Shown one piece after another: positions 49,725 to 64,000 of a stretch of DNA of 64,000 bases. The first letter of the stretch is position 1. Every line of letters starts with the position of its first letter. Origin of the DNA: the human T2T-CHM13v2.0 reference genome, Homo sapiens; the NCBI RefSeq assembly GCF_009914755.1, contig NC_060935.1, one strand, 5' to 3'. The position numbers and the translations under genes are program-made. The notes beneath the pieces are model-generated. The model did no database searches and was not told the origin of the DNA. It saw only the letters and a program-made list of their open reading frames with translations.

Positions 49725-51590
49725 TGGTAAACTTTTTATCAAATTATAACATACATGCAGGAAAGTGTACAGCTCAATTTTCAGAAGTTAAACATCCCAT
49801 GTAACTGGTACTGATATGAAGAAATAGAATGTTTCCAGTATCTCAGAAGCCTCACATATGCCCAATTCCAGTCATTACCTATATCCCCAAAGATAAATCC
49901 TATCCGACTTCTAATAACTAGTTTTGCTAATTTTTGAACTTTATATATACACAAATGGAATAATATGTGTACTTTTTTAGGATTAATTTTTTGAACACCT
50001 AAGTAATATATGTTTATATCAGATAAAATGAAAATAGAAGTATTTAATATAAGGAGAAAAAAGGAAAATCACTCATAAAACATCAAGCAATAACTGTGTT
50101 AACTTTTGATGTCTATCTTTATTGATCTTTCCCATTATGCTAAATTTACTTAATAATTCTAATAGCTTATTTGAAGATTCTTTGAGTCTTGACGTACACA
50201 AAAATGTTATCTATGAATAAAGACAGATTTATTTATTTATTTCAAAACCTATGCCTTTTATTTCTTTTTCTCATGTTATTGTACTTTCTAGGACCTTCAA
50301 CGCAGTGTTGAATGGAAGTGGTATGAGTAGGCAGCCTTGTTTTTCTTCATGAACTCAGGGAAAAAATGTTCAACATATCACCACTAATGTTTTTTGTAGA
50401 TACCCTTTAGCAGATTAAGGAAGTTTTATTCTAATTCTAGTTTACTAAGGACTTTTTTTCTCTTAAGTTATGAGTGGGTATATAATTTTATCAGATGCTT
50501 TTTCTGCATCTATTCAAATGATTCGAGATTTTTTTCTAATTATTCTACTAATGTGGTGAATTACATTGTTTATGTTTGTTAAACCATCCCTGTATTCCCA
50601 GAATAAAGTAAATTTGATCAAGATGTATTTTGTTTAAATATTTATCACTAGATTCTATTTGTTAATGTTTTGTTTAGAAATTTTGAATTTGTGTTTATGA
50701 GAGAGTGTTGGCCTATAAATTCTTACTTTTCATAATGTTCTTGGCATTATATTGGTATCACGGTTACCAAGAACCTTGATATCAAGATAAAATAAGGTGA
50801 GATATTTACCCTTTCTATTACCTCGAAAAGTTTGGGTAAGATTAAAAATTGGTATTATTTCCTCCTTTAATGTTTGGAAGAATGCTCTGGTGAAGCTATC
50901 TCACCTTGAAGAATTATTTTGTGGTCAAATTTTAAGTTATGGATTCAATTTCTTTAATAGTTTTAGTATCATTTAGATTTTCCATCTTTTCTTCTAACAA
51001 TTGAGTTACTTGTGTTTTTCTAGGAATTCCTTTTTTTGTTGTTGTTCCTTCTGGCATTTGTGAGACTGCTGAAAGCCCTATTTTAATTTCAAAATAGAAA
51101 TCTTTTTGAGGATTTCTACTTGGTTTATCTCTCTCTTAGCCACTGTTTATAAATTGGCAAATACCTTTAGAGGAAAAGCAGGTCTGAATTTAAGCTCACT
51201 ACTTTGTTTTTCTCATCACTTTGGGATCTTGTTTGGCACCCCCTGTCTTCATAGCTCTGAACTCCAATTTCGGTCTCCCAGCCCCTTGGGACTATAGATC
51301 TCTACTCTGTTTTCTGGCCTCTTTTGTGCTTCTCATCCTCTCTGCTCTGTGCCAGTTATGAATCAGCAGAAAATTCCTAGAGGGAAAAGAGTAGCACAGA
51401 ATGTTGGATTTCTTTTAATCTTTTCTCTTAATTCTGGGTTCTTGGCCTTTTATGCCCTGGCTGTTTGGTTGTGTTTTGATGCCTTGAAATGTATGCTATT
51501 TATATTTTATTTCAGCTTTTCTAGTTGTTCTAGACAGAAGAGTTGGTCTGATACAAACCAGTCCCTCTTAGCTGGAAAATTAGGCAAGCC
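49725..51590 (-). mobile_element. Old L1M/L1ME fragments
   Basis: ctaggaccttcaacgcagtgttgaat, tttttgtagataccc, gctttttctgcatctatt are antisense ORF2 motifs. Confidence 0.75.
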
Positions 51591-51751
51591 TCTTAAGACA
51601 CTCTGAACCTATTCCCTCACCTACAAATTGAGAATAATACCAGTTCCCTCAAAGGGCTAATTAATATGTGCCTGGTACTTAATACAAATGTGGGCCAATA
51701 TTATATAAATTTCAATAGTAATAAATACTAATCTGAACTTGAAGTATAAGA

Positions 51752-51960
51752 CAGGAATGAGCATTTTTTTCTTTAAAAGGCCAGAGAGTAAGTATTTTAG
51801 CATTTGCTGGAAACATATGACCATTGCTACCTTTTGCCGTCCCCAGTGCTTCTCATTGCCTCCTTTGTCCTCTTCTCCCTCCCACTCCTCTTCTTTTTCA
51901 ATAACCATTTAAAACATAAAAACTATTCTTAACTTTCTGTTCAACAATCAAGATTTTGCT
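51752..51960. mobile_element. MER58 (A/C-like)
   Basis: ttttctttaaaaggccagagagtaagtattttag ... accatttaaaacataaaaactattctta. Confidence 0.6.
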
Positions 51961-52029
51961 AAATATAAGTGAATGGAAAATAGGAATTTAAGTTCAGCTT
52001 TTAAAATTGTGGCAAATAATTTGAATATT

Positions 52030-53290
<1,261 letters not shown>

Positions 53291-53831
53291 TGGAAATAAT
53301 GTAAGAGGCAATCAAGTGAGAACTACAAAAAATAGAAAGAGGAAGGCAGACTGGCTAGGGACCCTAGTACAGGAAAAACAACACAGTGACAGAGTCTCTT
53401 ATGACCCACACCCAACAGCAAACCTGGTCTAGGCCCCCACTCTCAACCTAGCAACATAAGGTGACACAGGTAGGCTTATTCTTTCCCCAGATTAAACAAG
53501 AGCCCTGCCAACACTAGGCAAGTCTGGTGGCTCTAGCAAGGGGGAATTGATTTGGAACCACTGGCAATCAGTGACCAGGGAGAAGCATTCTCCTTCCCTC
53601 CTGGGCATGAGACTCCCCTTCCCCACTGACAGACACTGGGTGGCCAGTGTGCCTGGCAAGGGGGATGTCCTCACAAATGCCTAGCCCAGAAAGTGATCTT
53701 TGATCCTGTCACCTGGAGACTCCTTTCTCTCCCCTAAAGGTACCAGATGACCCAACCTGAGGAAGCTCTCTTTCCCCCTACTGTAAGGCACCAGTGTGGA
53801 CTGTGGACTAGTGGGAACCCAACGGGCACCA

Positions 53832-53987
53832 AATGCTAGATGACGAGTTAGTGGGTGCAGCGCACCAGCATGGCACATGTATACATATGTAACTAACCTG
53901 CACAATGTGCACATGTACCCTAAAACTTAAAGTATAATTAAAAAATAATAATAATAATAGTAATAATAAAAAAAAAAGAAAAAAAAA
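53832..53987 (+). mobile_element. Severely 5'-truncated young L1 (L1PA2-like): ~107 bp plus a patterned A tail
   Basis: aatgctagatgacgagttagtgggtgcagcgcaccagc...aaacttaaagtataa with CpGs intact. Confidence 0.93.
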
Positions 53988-54975
53988 TTCAGACACACCT
54001 AAATGATTGTGAATGCTTTGAAAATTGTCATCCAAACCACAGCCCACAAAAGTAGGCCAGGACCTGTGTGATAAACCTAAATGGGGATATGCCTTCTAAT
54101 GGCAAAGATTTCTGTAGGACCCAGAGTCTTGTAAGTTATAGTGAAAATATTGAGGATAAAATAAAAAATCACCCATCATACCAAAACCAAGAAAATCACA
54201 ACTTGAATAAGAAAAAGGAATGACAACACTAAGATGAATCAGATTTGGAATTATCTGGCAAGGATTTTTAAAGCAAACATCATAAAAATGCTCTAACAAA
54301 TAATTACAAAGTATCTTGAAACAAATGGAAAAAGAAAGAAAATATTAGCAAAAGAAATATAAATTATAAAGAAGAAACAAATGGAAAGTATAGAGCTGAA
54401 AAATACAATAATAGAAATTTAAAATTACTGGATGGGATGAATAACAGTGGAGATGACAGTAGGATAGAATCTGTGAGCTTAAGCATAGATCAATAGAATT
54501 TAGCCAATTTTACAACATAGAGGAAACAGAAACAAAATCAGCAAGCCTTAGGGACCTATTGGGCAGTAACAAAGAACCAACATTTGTATTGCTCGTGTTT
54601 GAGAAGGAGAAAGGGGGTGGCATTGAAAGAGTATCTGAAGAAGTAATGGCTGAAAACTTCCCAGATTTAGCCAAAAACTTAATCCTACAGATTCAAGAAG
54701 CTTTCTGAACCCCAAATAGTATCAACCCCCTCAAAATCTACTCTCAGACATGTCATAATTAAACTTATGAAAGCTAAAGACAAAGAAAATATCTTAAAAA
54801 GCATCCAGAGAGAAACAACACATAACCTATAGGGGAACACCAATTCAAGTAATAGCAGATTTCTCATTTAAAACCATGAAGCCCAGAAGGAAGTGGCAGA
54901 ACACTTTTGAAGAGGTGGAAGAAAATGGCTGTAAAGTCTATATCCAGCAAAAGTATTCTTTAAGAATGAAGGGGA

Positions 54976-57900
54976 GGAGGTTCCAAGATGGCTGAATAGG
55001 AACAGCTCCAGTCTACAGCTCCCAGCATGAGTGATGCAGAAGATGGGTGATTTCTGCATTTCCAAATGAGGTACTGGGTTCATCTCTCTGGGGCTTGTCA
55101 GACATGGATGCAGGACAGTAGGTGCAACCCATGGACTGTGAGCCAAAGCAGGGTGAGGCATCACCTCACCTGGGAAGCGCAAGGGGTCGGGGAATTCTTT
55201 TTCCTAGCCAAGGGAAGCCATGACAGACGGCACCTGGAAAATCGGGCAACTCCCACTGCGCTTTTCCACCTAATACTGCGCTTTTCCAACGGTCTTAGCA
55301 AACGGCACACCAGGAGATTATGTCCTGTGCCTGGCTCGGGGGGTTCCACACCCACGGAACCTCGCTCATTGCTAGCACAGCAGTCTAAGATGGAACTGCA
55401 AAGCAGCAGCGAGGCTGGGGGAGGGGTGCCCACCATTGCTGAGGCTTGAGTAGGTAAACAAAGCAGCCCTGAAGCTCAAAATGGGTGGAGCCCACCACAG
55501 CTCAAGGAGTCCTGCCGGCCTCTGTAGACTCCACCTCTGGGGGCAGGGCATAGCTGAACGAAAGGCAGCAAAAACTTCTGCAGACTTAAATGTCCCTGTC
55601 TGACAGCGTTGAAGAGAGGAGTGGTTCTCCCAGCACGGAGTTTGAGATCTAAGAATGGACAGACTGCCTCCTCAAGAGGGTCCCTGACCCCCGAGTAGCC
55701 TAACTGGGAGGCATCTCCCAGTAGGGGCTGACTGACGCCTCATACGGCCGGGCGCCCCTCTGAGACGAAGCTTCCAGAGGAACGATCAGGCAGCAACATT
55801 TGCCTTTCTGCAATATTTGCAGTTCTGCAGTCTGCACTGGTGATATCCAGGCAAAGAGTGTCTGGAGTGGACCTCCAGCAAACTCCAACAGACCTGCAGC
55901 TGAGGTTCCTGACTGTTAGAAGGAAAACTAACAAACAGAAAGAACATTCACACCAGAACCCCGTCTGACGTCACCATCATCAAAGACCAAAGGTAGATAA
56001 AACCACAAAGATGGGGAGAAACCAGAGCAGAAAAGCTGAAAATTCTAAAAATCAGAGTGCCCCTTCTCCTCCAAAGGAACGCAGCTCCTCGCCAGCAATG
56101 GAACAAAGCTGGACGGAGAATGACTTTGACGAGTTGAGAGAAGAAGGCTTCAGATGATTGGTAATAACAAACTTCTGTGAGCTGAAGGAGAATGTTCGAA
56201 CCCATCGCAAAGAAGCCAAAAACCTTGAAAAAAGATTAGACGAATGGCTAACGAAAATAAACAGTGTATAGAAGACTTTAAATGACCTGTTGGAGCTGAA
56301 CACCATGGCATGAGAACTGCGTGACACATGCACAAGCTTCAGTAGCCGATTCGATCAAGTAGAAGAAAGGGTGTCAGTGATTGAAGATCAGATGAATGAA
56401 ATGAAGCGAGAAGAGAAGTTTAGAGAAAAAAGAAAGAAATGAGCAAAGCCTCCAAGAAATATGGGACTATATGAAAAGACCAAATCTACGTCTGATGGGT
56501 GTACCTGAAAGTGACGGGGAGAATGGAACCAAGTTGGAAAACACTCTTCAGGATATTATCCAGGAGAACTTCCCCAACCTAGCAAGGAAGGCCAACATTC
56601 AAATTCAGGAAATACAGAGAACACCACAAAGATACTCCTCGAGAAGAGCAACTCCAAAACACATAATTGTCAGATTCACCAAAGTTGAAATAAAGGAAAA
56701 AATGTTAAGGGCAGCCAGAGAGAAAGGTCGGGTTACCCACAAAGGGAAGCCCATCAGACTAACAGCGGATCTCTCGGCAGAAACTCTACAAGCCAGGAGA
56801 GAGTGGGGTCCAATATTCAATACTCTTCAACAAAAGAATTTTCAACCCAGAATTTCATATCCATCCCAACTAAGCTTCATAAGTGAAGGAGAAATAAAAT
56901 CCTTTACAGACAAGCAAATGCTGAGAGATTTTGTCACCACCAGGCCTGCCTTACAAGAGCTCCTGAAGGAAGCACTAAACATGGAAAGGAACAACTGCTA
57001 CCAGCCACTGCAAAAACATGCCAAATTGTAAAGACCATCGATGCTAGGAAGAAACTGCACCAAGTAACAAGCAAAATAACCAGCTAACATCATAATGACA
57101 GGATCAAATTCACACATAACAATATTAACCTTAAATGTAAATGGATTAAATGCTCCAATTAAAAGACACAGACTGGCAAATTGGATAGAGTAAAGACCCA
57201 TCAGTGTGCTGTATTCAGGAGACCCATCTCACGTGCAGAGACACGCATAGGCTCAAAATAAAGGGATGGAGGAAGATCTACCAAGCAAATGGAAAAAAAA
57301 AAAAAAAGCAGGGGTTGCAATCCTAGTCTCTGATAAAACAGACTTTAAACCAACAAAGATCAGAAGAGACAAGGCCATTATATAATGGTAAAGGGATCAA
57401 TTCAACAAGAAGAGCTAACTATCCTAAATATATATGCACCCAATATAGGAGCACCCAGATTCATAAAGCAAGTCCTTAGAGACCTACAAAGAGACTTAGA
57501 CTCCCACACAATAATAATGGGAGACTTTAACACCCCACTGTCAACATTAGACAGATCAGTGAGACAGAAAGTTCACAAGGATATCCAAGAAGTTAACTCA
57601 GCTCTGCACCAAGCGAACCTAATAGACATCTACAGAACACTCCACCCCAAATCAACAGAATATACATTCTTCTCAGCACCACATTGCACTTATTCCAAAA
57701 TTGACCACATAGTTGGAAGTAAAGCACTCCTCAGCAAATGTAAAAGAACAGAAATTATAACAAACTGTCTCTCAGACCACAGTGCAGTCAAACTGGAACT
57801 CAGGATTAAGAAACTCACTAAAAACCACTCAAGTACATGGAAACTGAACAACCTGCTCCTGAGTGACTAATGGGTAAATAACAAAATGAAGGCAGAAATA

Positions 57901-60900
57901 AAGATGGTCTGTGAAACCAACGAGAACAAAGACACAACATACCAGAATCTCTGGGACACATTTAAAGTAGTGTGTAGAGGGAAATTTATAGCACTAAATG
58001 CCCACAAGAGAAAGCAGGAAAGATCTAAAATTGACACCCTAATATCACAATTAAAAGAACAAGAGAAGCAAGAGCAAACACATTCAAAAGCTAGCAGAAG
58101 GCAAGAAATAACTAAGATCAGAGCAGAACTGAAGGAGATAGAGACACAAAAAACCCTTCAAAAAATCAATGAATCCAGGAGCTGGTTTTCTGAGAAGATC
58201 AACAAAATTGATAGACTGCTAGCAAGACTAATAAAGAAGAAAAGAGAAGAATCAAATAGACGTAATGAAAAATGATAAAGGGGATATCACCACCAATCCT
58301 ACAGAGATACAAACTACCATCTGAGAATACTGTAAACACCCCTAAGCAAATAAACTAGAAAATCTAGAAGAAATGGATAAATTCCTCGACACATACACCC
58401 TCCCAAGACTAAACAGGAAGAAGTTGAATTTCTGAATAGACTAATAACAGGCTGTGAAATTGAGGCAATAATTAAGAGCCTACCAACCAAAAAAAGTCCA
58501 GGACCAGACGGAGTCACAGCTGAATTCTACCAGAGGTACAAAGAGGAGCTGGTACTGTTCCTTCTGAAACTATTCCAATCAATAGAAAAAGAGGGAATCC
58601 TCCCTAACTGATTTTATGAGGCCAGCAGCATCCTGATACCAAAGCCTGCCAGAGACACAACAAAAAATAATTTTAGACCAGTATCCCTGATGAACATCGA
58701 TGCAAAAATCCTGAATAAAATACTGGCAAACCGAATCCAGCAGCACATCAAAAAGCTTATCCACCATGATCAAGTGCGCTTCATCCCTGGGATGCAAGGC
58801 TGGTTCAACATACACAAATCAATAAATGTAATCCATGATATAAAGAGAACCAAAGACAAAAACCACATGATTATCTCAATAGATGCAGAAAAGGCCTTTG
58901 ACAAAATTCAGCAGCCCTTCATGCTAAAAACTCTCAATAAATTAGGTATTGATGGGATGTATCTCAAAATAATAAGAGCTATGTATGACAAACCCACAGC
59001 CAATATCATACTGAATGGGCAAAAACTGGAAGCATTCCCTTTGAAAAACAGCACAAGACAGGGGTGCCTCTCTCTCACCACTCCTGTTCAACATAGTGTT
59101 GGAAGTTCTGGTCAGGGCAGTCAGGCAGGAGAAAGAAATAAAAGGTATTCAGTTAGGAAAAGAGGAAGTCAAATTGTCCCTGTTTGCAGATGACATGATT
59201 GTATATCTAGAAAACCCCATCATGTCAGCCCCAAATCTCCTTAAGCTGATAAGCAACTTCAGCAAAGTCTCAGGATACAAAAGCAATGTGCAGAAATCAC
59301 AAGCATTCTTATACACCATTAACAGACAAACAGCCAAATCATGAGTGAACTCCCATTCATGATGGCTTCAAAGAGAATAAAATACCTAGGAATCCAACTT
59401 GTGAGGGATGTGAAGGACCTCTTCAAGGAGAACTACAAACCACTGCTCAACGAAGTAAAAGAGGACACAAACAAGTGACAATACTGCCCAAAGTCATTTA
59501 TAGATTCAATGCCATCCCCAACAAGCTAGCATTGACTTTCTTCACAGAATTGGAAAAAACTACTTGAAAGTTCATGTGGAACCAAAAAAGAGCCCACATT
59601 GCCAAGACAATCCTAAGCCAAAAGAACAAAGCTGGAGGCATCATGCTATCTGACTTCAAACTATACTGCAAGCCTACAGTAACCAAAACAGCATGGTACT
59701 GGTACCAAAACAGAGATATAGACCAATGGAACAGAACAGAGTCCTCAGAAATAGTACCACACATCCACAACCATCCAGTCTTTGACAAACCTGATAAAAA
59801 CAAGAAATAGGGAAAGGATTGCCTATTTAATAAATGGTATTGAGAAAACTGGCTAGCCATATGTAGAAAGCTTTAACTGGATCCCTTACTTACACCTTAT
59901 ACAAAAATTAATTCAAGATGGATTAAAGACTTAAACGTTAGACCTAAAACCGTAAAAACCCTAGAAGAAAACCTAGGCAATACCATTCAAGACATAGGCA
60001 TGGGCAAGGACTTCATGGCTAAAACACCAAAAGCAATGGCAACAAAAGCCAAAGTTGACAAATGGGATCTAATTAAACTAAAGAGCTTCTGCACAGCAAA
60101 AGAAACTACCATCAGAATGAACAGGCAACCTACAGAATGGGAGAAAATTTTCGCACTCTATCCATCTGACAAAAGGGCTAATATCCAGAATCTACAAGGA
60201 ACTTAAACAAATTTACAAGAAAAAAATCAAACAACCCCATCAAAAAGTGAGCAAAGGATATGAACAGACACTTCTCGAAAGAAGACATTTATGCAGCCAA
60301 CAGACACTTGAATGCTCATCATCACTGGCCATCAGAGAAATGCAAATCAAAACCACAATGAGATACCATCTCACACCAGTTAGAATGGTGATCATTAAAA
60401 AGTCAGGGAACAACAGGTGCTGGAGAGGATGTAGAGAAATAGGAACACTTTTACACTGTTGGTGGGACTGTAAACTAGTTCAACCATTGTGGAAGACAGT
60501 ATGGTGATTGCTGAAGGATCTGGAACTAGAAATACCATTTGACCCAGCCATCCCATTACTGGGTATATACCCAAAGGATGATAAATCATGCTGCTATAAA
60601 GACACATGCACATGTATGTTTATTGCGGTACTATTCACAATAGCAAAGACTTGGAACCAACCCAGATGTCCATCAGTGATAGACTGGATTAAGAAAAAGT
60701 GGTACATATACACCATGGAATACTATGCAGCCATAAAAATGGATGAGTTCATGTCCTTTGTAGGGACATGGATGAAGCTGGAAACCATCATTCTGAGCAA
60801 GCTATCGCAAGGACAGAAAACCAAACACCGCATGTTCTTACTCATAGGTGGGAATTGGATAGTGAGAACACTTGGACACAGGAAGGGGAACATCACACAC

Positions 60901-61075
60901 CGGGGCTTGTAGTGGGGTGGGGGAGTGGGGAGGGATAGCTAGCATTGGGAGATATACCTGATGTAAATGAGGAGTTGATGGGTGCAGCACACCAGCATGG
61001 CACATGTATACATATGTAACAAACCTGCACATTGTGCACATGTACCCTAGAACACAAAATATAATAATAAAAAAA
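54976..61075 (+). mobile_element. Full-length (~6.1 kb) inactive L1PA5/6-like element in PDE3B intron 2
   Basis: 5' ggaggttccaagatggctgaatagg; ORF1 ATG at 56011 with stops; ORF2 from ~57095 disrupted. 14-bp TSD aagaatgaagggga at 54962-54975 and 61076-61089. Confidence 0.96.
55161..55436 (-). other. L1 ORF0 homologue, 91 aa, in the antisense 5'UTR
   Basis: ATG in gcaATGG context; MVGTPPPASL..CS.I.DCCASN.R.SVGV.P.EPG resembles recalled L1HS ORF0; includes donor CCAG|GTGAGG. Confidence 0.75.
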
Positions 61076-61173
61076 AAGAATGAAGGGGAAAACATTGTGA
61101 AATGAAGGAAAACAAAAGAATCTGTCAGTAAGAGATTTACCTTGCAAGAAAGACAAAAGGAAGTTCTTTAAAC

Positions 61174-61503
61174 CAGGCGTCACCAACCAGTACCGGTCTG
61201 TGGCCTGTTAGGAACTGGGCCACATAGCCGGAGATGAGCAGTGGGCAGATGAGCATTACCACCTGAGCTCTGCCTCTTGTCAGATCAGCCACCACATTAG
61301 ATTCTCATAGGAGCACAAATCCTATGGTGAACTGCACATGCAAGGGATTTGGGGTTGTACGCTCCTTATGAGAATCTAAGGCCTGATGATCTGTGGTGAA
61401 CAGTTTCATTCTGAAACCATCTCCTCGCACCCCTACCCAGTCTGTGGAAAAATTGTGTTCCACGAAACCTGTCCCTGATGCCAAAAAGGTTAGGGAACCC
61501 CTG
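61174..61503. mobile_element. MER1B (hAT-Charlie)
   Basis: cagg...cctg termini, core cattagattctcataggagc, and an 8-bp TSD ctttaaac at 61166-61173 and 61504-61511. Confidence 0.93.
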
Positions 61504-63164
61504 CTTTAAACAGAAAGGAAATTATAAAAGAAGGACTCTTGAAGTAACAGGAAGGAAGAAAGAACAATGAAACAGGAAGAAATAGTGGGAGAATGCAATA
61601 GACTATCCTTCTTGTGAGTTTCATGAATCATATTTGATGATTGCAACAAAAATTATAACATCATCTGATACTCAAGACAAGACAATTATACTTAAAAGTA
61701 AGCAAGGTAGAGACCTAACTAGTAGTAAGGTTTTCACACTTCACTCAAAGTGGTAAAATGTTGATACCAGTAGACGGTGATAAGTCACATATGTACATTG
61801 TATTGCCAAGGGCAACCGCTAAGAAAACTTTATATAGTAATACACTCAGAAACTCTATAAATTAATCAAGATGGAATCATAAAAATATTCTAATAACCCC
61901 AGAAAAGCAAGAAAAAACAGAGGAACAAGGAACAGAAGAAACAAACACAAAACAAATAATAAAACAGCAAACTTATGGCCTGACAGAAGTATTTACCTTA
62001 AAAGGATACAATATGAAGAAAAGGAAAAATTGACCATGAAAAAAAGATTTGTCTATGAAAATGATTTTTTTTTACATGAGGTATTCCTGTTGTCATTGGA
62101 GATATTTATGAGTAGATTCTAATTACCTTGTATTGTTAAAGTGAAAGTCACACTGTACTCTCAGTAAATTTGTGATTTGTTCTTTCCTAATTTCAACAGT
62201 TTTTAAACAGTATTGAGGAAAGGTTACTTGCAAACAAAAATTGTTTTTGTGTGTGTTCCATTTGAATATGTAAATATTATAAGGAACATTTAGAATCACA
62301 ATAATCAGAGAATTCAGATTAAAACAGCAATTAGAGGTTTTTTTGCCTATCAGATAGGGATTAATTAAATTCATAGTTGCTAATTGTAATGGGATATGGA
62401 AAAATAGGTGCTGTTATATACAATTAGAAGTGTAGATTTGATCAACATATTCTAAGGCAGTTTTAGAGGAATGACCTTATTTTAACATGTTAATTTGCAT
62501 TCAGCAATTCAGATTATGGGAAGCTGTGTATAGGAAATATGCTTAATTGTTCACAGTAACATATATAGACAGGTGTTTATTTTAGTGGTATTTGCAGGGG
62601 AGAAAGGCTAGAAATAGTTGGGCTATGCCCTGGTATCAGGAAATGTTTTAAAGTGAAAACTAATACATATTAACACTTCATAAGAAAAAAAATTCCGCAA
62701 AGAGCAGACATTATTTAGCTAGCTTGGTGTAATGTTCATAATATTTCTCAGTTCCAAAATGTATTGGGGATACTTTAATAAACAGTTTTGTTGTGAACTC
62801 ATTAATTTGAATAATTATTAATTGCAAACATACCCAAATGTAAGTTCAAGGTACAACAACAACAACAAAAAACAAAAGTAACATTTAATTTACTGTTCTG
62901 ATTACTAGTCCATTTATTTCTATGGGTAATCGAGTTGAACATCATATGTATGTTTTTTCAGAGAGTAAAAATCATCTCATGTTTACATCGGTGACATATT
63001 TCTTCTAAATTAAAAAATTTTTTTCTACCAATTTTTTAAGGCCTTGCCTGATGCTACCCTGTCTGTGAGGTTTTTGTTAATTATTCATCTTTAAGTTATC
63101 GCTATCTCTTTTGAACTATAACATATTTTTCTGTATTTTTATCTCATCATTTTCCATAATATTA

Positions 63165-63412
63165 ATAGTAATAATACTTTTTGTGCTTTAAATCATACAT
63201 TATACACTGCTTTATTTGCTTTACATATATTATCAGATTTCTCATATTAGCCCATAATAAGGTAGACATTACTATCCTGATTTTACATTGAAGAAACTAA
63301 AATATTCAGAGGTTAAGTAAATTACTCAAGGTCACACAGGTAAGATTAAAGTTTAGGTTTCAAATTCAGGTATGTTTGCTACAAAACCTTGTCACTGTGT
63401 TAGACTGCCTCT
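63165..63412 (-). mobile_element. MIR
   Basis: attttacattgaagaaactaa...agaggttaagtaaattactcaaggtcacacag. Confidence 0.8.
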
Positions 63413-63740
63413 AAAGTGAGTAAGGTAAATGAAATAAATGCTTTGTATGTTTAAAATTTTGTTATAAAGGAAAGGAAATAATGAATTAATGAAATGTTCA
63501 AATTACAGACTTTAAAGTAAATACAGATTTCGTTTTATACTAGTCATAAGGTAATTCAGTGTTAGTAGTTAATACCATTAAATATAATGTGATAATCAGC
63601 TAGCGAAAAAGAAAAAAATTAAAGTTCACGGTTATTTGCTACATATATATATATATAAATTTTAAGTTAGAATTATACCATTTGTTATATCATTTATGCC
63701 ATGTACAAATGAATGAAAATTTCACTTTTTTTCTTTCTAG

Positions 63741-63998
<258 letters not shown>

Positions 63999-64000
63999 CA

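Larger units (their letters stand above)
53300..62000 (+). mobile_element. Old L1M 5'/ORF1 region (53300-54961 and 61090-62000) hosting nested insertions
   Basis: ORF1 traces EVMAENFPD, RHVIIKL and YPAKVFFKNEG continue across the nested L1PA TSD. Confidence 0.75.

Noticed and set aside
54976-61075. Retrotransposition-competent L1
   Set aside because: Multiple stops, frameshifts and a deletion in ORF1 and ORF2.

Overview
Hominid (most likely human) genomic DNA, AT-rich and almost entirely intronic. Two coding exons that the ORF track misses identify the locus as PDE3B on the + strand: a 51-nt exon at 49241-49291 ([17 protein letters not shown]) and a 249-nt exon at 63741-63989 ([18 protein letters not shown]...DRKLNK). 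By recall these are exons 2 and 3, so the window covers the 3' part of the large intron 1 and all of intron 2. The rest is layered retro- and DNA-transposon sequence: two full-length L1PA elements, a 2.6-kb truncated L1PA, a ~150-bp young L1 stub, about 11 Alu/FLAM copies, L2, MIR, L3/CR1, old L1M, ERVL/MaLR LTRs, and Tigger4a, MER8, MER3, MER58, Cheshire and MER1B. No prokaryotic-type system is present. The best leads are: (1) a double snap-back scar X-B-rc(X)-rc(Y)-B-Y at 23117-23252; (2) a chimeric young/old L1 with no TSD and a missing segment of its host L1M; (3) an L1 antisense-promoter splice donor that would fuse in frame to the ATG-initiated PDE3B exon; (4) an intact ORF0 in the intron-2 L1; (5) a weak GTCGAA donor after the 249-nt exon. 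Repeat subfamily names come from recalled consensus motifs, not from a database search.
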